A DNA stretch of 64,000 nt from Rhodospirillaceae bacterium (GTDB taxonomy: Bacteria > Pseudomonadota > Alphaproteobacteria > Rhodospirillales > Rhodospirillaceae): positions 45,718-109,717 of the forward strand of contig JANRJL010000056.1 in assembly GCA_033763995.1 (NCBI GenBank), read 5' to 3'. The translations under genes were made by a program, and so were the position numbers. Below are positions 60,500 through 64,000 of this stretch, piece after piece. Below the pieces are notes generated by a model. The model was given only the letters and a program-made list of their open reading frames with translations, ran no database searches and had not been told where the DNA came from. Each line of letters starts with the position of its first letter. The first letter of the stretch is position 1.

Positions 60500-60800
60500 G
60501 TCTTTTCCACGGTGTTTCATCCTGGCGTCATCCGGCTGATTGGCGGGTTGGGAAAAAGGTGAATCCGACGCCGGGTTGAAAATCGTCCCACGGTTATCCG
60601 TCATGCGCGGAGTGAAGAATCGTCAATGGAGTCAGGGCCTGGCAAAAACCATCCACGATTCCATCACGATTATTTTTTCTGCGCGAGCGATAATGCGCAT
60701 ATGTGGATAGTCATGGGTTTATGTGAATCCCCATGATTCAGGGGTCCTACTACCGCTTCCATTCTCTTATTAAGAATCTTTATAAGAGTAGAAGGACAGC
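60500..60800. other. Candidate chromosomal replication origin (oriC)
   Basis: Lies in the largest gene-free region in the window (60412..60990). DnaA-box-like 9-mers: TGTGGATAG (60702..60710, which is CTATCCACA, 8/9), TTTTCCACG (60503..60511, 7/9), CCATCCACG (60649..60657, 6/9) and TGTGAATCC (60722..60730, 6/9). A/T-rich tracts at 60669..60680 and 60761..60793. Its position upstream of the DUF299 gene matches the conserved alphaproteobacterial origin context. Genes diverge from this point. Confidence 0.4.
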
Positions 60801-60990
60801 CGGGATGAATAACGTCTTCTAAACCCGTTTGACTTTGGCCGGGTCGTCGGCTAGGTATGGACCCGTCTAATCAAGGTCGGTTCCGACCTGTCCTTTCAAG
60901 TCTTCACGCCTGTTTCGTGTCCCGCCGCCCGGCGGATCAAAGGCGTTGGCTTTCTCCCCACGCGTCGCTCCAACTCACGGCACACATCCC

Positions 60991-62253
60991 ATGCATCTTT
61001 CAGAACTCAAGCGTAAACCACCGGCCGAGCTTCTCGCCTTCGCCGAGGAGTTGGGCATCGAGAACGCCTCGAATCTGCGCCGCCAGGACATGATGTTCGC
61101 GATCCTCAAGGTGCTGGCCGAGAAGGACACCACCATCGAGGGCGACGGCGTGCTGGAAATCCTCCAGGACGGCTTCGGCTTCCTGCGTTCGGCGCAGGCG
61201 AATTACCTGCCGGGGCCCGACGACATCTACGTCTCGCCCAGCCAAGTGCGCCGCTTCAGCCTGCGCACCGGCGACACGGTGGAAGGCCCGATCCGCGGCC
61301 CCAAGGAAGGCGAGCGCTACTTCGCGCTGCTGAAGGTCGACCGCATCAACTTCGAGGACCCCGACAAGGTCCGCCACCGCATCAACTTCGACAACCTGAC
61401 GCCGCTCTATCCCGACAAGAAGTTGACGATGGAGGTCGAGCAAAAAGACACCAAGAACAAGGACCTGACCGCCCGCGTCATCGAGCTGGTGGCGCCCCTG
61501 GGCAAGGGTCAGCGCGCGCTGATCACCGCCCAGCCGCGCACCGGCAAGACCATCATGCTGCAAAACATCGCCAACGCGGTCGCGGCCAACCACCCGGAAG
61601 TTTACCTGATCGTGCTGCTGATCGACGAGCGGCCCGAGGAAGTCACCGACATGGCCCGTACCGTGAAGGGCGAAGTGGTCAGCTCGACCTTCGACGAACC
61701 GGCCTCGCGCCACGTCCAGGTGGCCGAGATGGTGATCGAGAAGGCCAAGCGCTTGGTGGAACACAAGCGCGACGTGGTGATCCTGCTCGATTCCATCACG
61801 CGCCTCGCGCGTGCCTACAACACCGTGGTGCCCAGCTCGGGCAAGGTGCTGACGGGCGGCGTCGACGCCAACGCGCTGCAGCGGCCGAAACGATTCTTCG
61901 GTGCCGCGCACAATATCGAGGAAGGCGGCTCGCTGACCATCATCGCCACGGCGCTGATCGACACCGGCAGCCGCATGGATGAAGTGATCTTCGAGGAATT
62001 CAAGGGCACCGGTAACTCGGAAATCATTCTCGACCGCAAGCTTTCCGACAAGCGCGTGTTCCCGTCGATCGACATCACCAAGTCGGGCACCCGCAAGGAA
62101 GAGCTGCTGGTTCGCCAGGATCAACTGTCGAAGATGTGGGTGCTGCGCCGCATTCTCGATCCCATGGGCGTCCAGGACGGCATGGAGTTCCTGCTCGACA
62201 AACTGCGCGAAACCAAGAACAACAACGAATTCTTCGACCGCATGAACAAGTAG
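60991..62253 (+). CDS. rho: Transcription termination factor Rho
   Basis: ATG 60991 gives [30 protein letters not shown]-binding domain ([23 protein letters not shown]) and Walker A (PRTGKT). 420 aa. The track ORF from 60946 is over-extended. Confidence 0.97.
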   Translation: MHLSELKRKPPAELLAFAEELGIENASNLRRQDMMFAILKVLAEKDTTIEGDGVLEILQDGFGFLRSAQANYLPGPDDIYVSPSQVRRFSLRTGDTVEGPIRGPKEGERYFALLKVDRINFEDPDKVRHRINFDNLTPLYPDKKLTMEVEQKDTKNKDLTARVIELVAPLGKGQRALITAQPRTGKTIMLQNIANAVAANHPEVYLIVLLIDERPEEVTDMARTVKGEVVSSTFDEPASRHVQVAEMVIEKAKRLVEHKRDVVILLDSITRLARAYNTVVPSSGKVLTGGVDANALQRPKRFFGAAHNIEEGGSLTIIATALIDTGSRMDEVIFEEFKGTGNSEIILDRKLSDKRVFPSIDITKSGTRKEELLVRQDQLSKMWVLRRILDPMGVQDGMEFLLDKLRETKNNNEFFDRMNK

Positions 62254-62289
62254 CGGATCGGAGAATCTCAAGCGCGATCAATTACATAA

Positions 62290-62324
62290 ACGGGCCGCTC
62301 CCATGGAGCAGCCCGTTTTTTATT
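62290..62324 (+). terminator. Intrinsic terminator of rho
   Basis: ACGGGCCGCTCC-cat-GGAGCAGCCCGT (one mismatch) followed by TTTTTTATT. Confidence 0.8.
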
Positions 62325-62378
62325 GTCGTTGTCACCCCGAAGCCTAGATATGATGGCCCAGTAAAAATGGAGGCAACG

Positions 62379-62771
62379 ATGATCAAAACAGCAGTGGCGG
62401 CCATGGTGTTCTCCGTGGCTATGAGCGGCGCGGCCGCGGCGCAGGACGCCTGCGACAATCTCAAGGGCCCCGAGAAGGCCGCGTGCAAGCAAGCCGCCAA
62501 GGAAGCGGCCAAGGAAACAGGCGGCAAGGCCAACCTGGGCCGCTCCGAGGAGATGAAGGGCCTCGGCGCCCAAGGCAAGGGCCAAGGGGCTGAAAATCGT
62601 GCCGAGAAAGGCAAAGGCATCGCCGACAAGGACATGACCGAGGAAGCCAAGTCCATGGCCAAGGACAAGGCCGACAAGAAGGTCAAGGATCTGAAAGAAC
62701 AGGCCAAGGAAGACGTGAAGGACAAGGCGAAAGACAAAGCCGCCGACACGCTAAAAAAGCGCGGCGAGTAA
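62379..62771 (+). CDS. Secreted low-complexity Lys/Ala/Glu/Asp-rich protein
   Basis: GGAGG 5 nt upstream of ATG 62379. Signal peptide MIKTAVAAMVFSVAMSGAAAAQ followed by a repetitive KxxAKE/KDKA-type sequence with two Cys near the N-terminus. 130 aa. The track ORF from 62136 reads through the rho 3' end and terminator. Confidence 0.6.
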   Translation: MIKTAVAAMVFSVAMSGAAAAQDACDNLKGPEKAACKQAAKEAAKETGGKANLGRSEEMKGLGAQGKGQGAENRAEKGKGIADKDMTEEAKSMAKDKADKKVKDLKEQAKEDVKDKAKDKAADTLKKRGE

Positions 62772-62795
62772 AGTCGCCGTCAGCACGCCGAACAC

Positions 62796-62829
62796 AAAGG
62801 GCCGGATGAACTCCGGCCCTTTTGCTTTT
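62796..62829 (+). terminator. Intrinsic terminator between convergent genes
   Basis: AAAGGGCCGGA-tgaac-TCCGGCCCTTT followed by TGCTTTT. Abuts the qor stop codon. Confidence 0.65.
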
Positions 62830-63806
62830 CAGATCACCAAGATCGTCGAGCCCGTCGTGCGCCGGCTTTCCAAATCCGAGTGCGCATGGGGCGCTTGCTC
62901 CAGACCGAAGGACTGGCCCACCTCGATTTTCACCTTGCCGGTTTGCACGGCGTCGAAGAACTCCGCCGCGCCGCGCTCCAAGTCCGCGCGCTGGCCGGTG
63001 TAGTCCGCCAGCGTCGGGCGCGTGACGAACAACGAACCCTTGGGACCGAGCATCCCCACTTCCAAGGCCGGCGGCGGGCCCGAGGCATTGCCGAAGGACA
63101 CCATCAGCCCGCGCTTGGGCAGGCAATCGAGCGATTTGAAAAAGGTGTCCTTGCCGACGCCGTCATAGACCACCGACACGCCCTTGCCGCCGGTGATGGA
63201 ACGCACCTGCGACACAAAATCCTCCTCCTTATAAAGGATGGTGTAAGCGCAGCCGTTGGCCCGGGCGATCTCGGCCTTCTCCCTGCTGCCGACGGTGCCG
63301 ATGACCGTGGCGCCCAGCGCTTTGGCCCATTGGCAAAACAACACGCCCACGCCGCCGGCGGCGGCATGAAACAAAACCGTTTCGCCGGCTTTCAGTTGAT
63401 GGAGGCTGCGCAGCAGATACCAGGCCGTCAGTCCGCGCAGCATGGTGCCGCCGATCTGCTCGTCCTTGAGCTTGGGCGGAACCTTCACCAAGGTCGCCGC
63501 GGGCATGACGCGCATCTCGGCGTAGCTGCCCATGGGACCGTTGCCGTAGCACACGCGGTCGCCGGGCTTGAAATCCTTCACGCCCGGCCCGACAGCCTCG
63601 ATGAAGCCCACGGCCTCCATGCCGGGCGTGAAGGGTTTGGCCGCCACGGGGTAAAGGCCCGAGCGGTGATAAGTGTCGATGAAATTCACGCCCGCCACGG
63701 TTTGACGCAGGCGCACCTGGCCCTCGCCGGGATCGCCCACGGCCACGTCATCGAGTCTCAGAACTTCCGGCCCGCCGGTTTCGCGGCAGACAATCGCTTT
63801 GACCAT
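62829..63806 (-). CDS. qor: NADPH:quinone oxidoreductase (zeta-crystallin-like MDR)
   Basis: ATG 63806 gives MVKAIVCRETGGPEVLRLDDV. Nucleotide motif HAAAGGVGVLFCQWAKALGA. 325 aa. Confidence 0.9.
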   Translation of the reverse strand: MVKAIVCRETGGPEVLRLDDVAVGDPGEGQVRLRQTVAGVNFIDTYHRSGLYPVAAKPFTPGMEAVGFIEAVGPGVKDFKPGDRVCYGNGPMGSYAEMRVMPAATLVKVPPKLKDEQIGGTMLRGLTAWYLLRSLHQLKAGETVLFHAAAGGVGVLFCQWAKALGATVIGTVGSREKAEIARANGCAYTILYKEEDFVSQVRSITGGKGVSVVYDGVGKDTFFKSLDCLPKRGLMVSFGNASGPPPALEVGMLGPKGSLFVTRPTLADYTGQRADLERGAAEFFDAVQTGKVKIEVGQSFGLEQAPHAHSDLESRRTTGSTILVI

Positions 63807-63808
63807 GG

Positions 63809-64000
63809 TCAAATCCCCAACATCGCGCCTTCGAGTTTCAACAACGCGGCCTTTGTATCCAAACCGCCATCGCCCGAATAGCCCCCGAGCCCGCCATTCG
63901 ATGCCAGCACGCGGTGGCACGGAATGATGATCGGAATGGGGTTGGCTCCGCAGGCGCCGCCGACGGCGCGTGCGACCGAGCGCAAACTCTTGGCCAAATC
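63809..64000 (-). CDS. ogt: Methylated-DNA--protein-cysteine methyltransferase, C-terminal part (gene runs off the right edge)
   Basis: [22 protein letters not shown], with the active-site PCHRV. The stop is 2 nt upstream of the qor start. Confidence 0.85.
   Translation of the reverse strand, partial: DLAKSLRSVARAVGGACGANPIPIIIPCHRVLASNGGLGGYSGDGGLDTKAALLKLEGAMLGI

Noticed and set aside
60770-60784. TTAA-N7-TATA near-match to the CtrA site (TTAA-N7-TTAA) in the candidate origin
   Set aside because: It is a single imperfect half-site in an AT-rich stretch and is expected by chance. It is not used as evidence for the origin call.
60874-60889. AGGTCGGTTCCGACCT, which looked like a tRNA T-arm (GGTTC)
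   Set aside because: No acceptor, D or anticodon arms can be built around it, and the loop is too short. No tRNA-like GTTCGAATC or GTTCAAATC motif occurs in any spacer of the window.

Overview
High-GC chromosomal core segment. Hand-counted 60-nt samples of typical genes give about 70% GC. Protein sequences and gene order point to an alphaproteobacterium, probably Rhodospirillales-like. About 60 tightly packed, mostly housekeeping genes can be supported: murJ (partial)-glnD, mutS, maeB, a phoR-like kinase, ampG, typA, nth, dapB, cspA, dnaK-dnaJ, alkB, hrcA-grpE, rph-rdgB, hemW, a dapC-like aminotransferase, ftsK-lolA, xthA, hslVU, the Smr/MltA/Tim44 - secB - dnaQ/coaE/aroE/maf/DUF299 cluster, rho, qor and ogt (partial). 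I found no rRNA, tRNA, CRISPR array, transposase or integrase. Many long ORFs in the track are antisense shadows of real genes, including the 1859-aa ORF at 35238..40817, and are rejected. ORF-track starts are often too far upstream; I re-picked starts where an ATG with a Shine-Dalgarno-like sequence and a family-typical N-terminus were visible. Most noteworthy observations: (1) a ~0.7-kb low-GC (~53%) two-gene cassette at 45703..46405, an 89-aa protein plus a retropepsin-like aspartic protease with a DRG active-site variant, wedged tail-to-tail into xthA; this is the best candidate for an uncharacterised toxin-antitoxin-like or defence-like module; (2) the 579-bp gene-free region at 60412..60990 between the DUF299 (RP001-type) gene and rho, a candidate oriC with the rho leader; (3) a dispersed intergenic repeat family with at least 3 copies, each with a terminal hairpin abutting a gene end; (4) two tandem ~70-nt extended hairpins with compensatory substitutions upstream of hemW; (5) an orphan intrinsic terminator upstream of xthA, suggesting an sRNA or attenuator; (6) a ~22% GC tract in an otherwise GC-rich region; (7) a tandem ASCH-domain paralog pair. 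All functional calls come from reading the translations by eye. No database search was possible.
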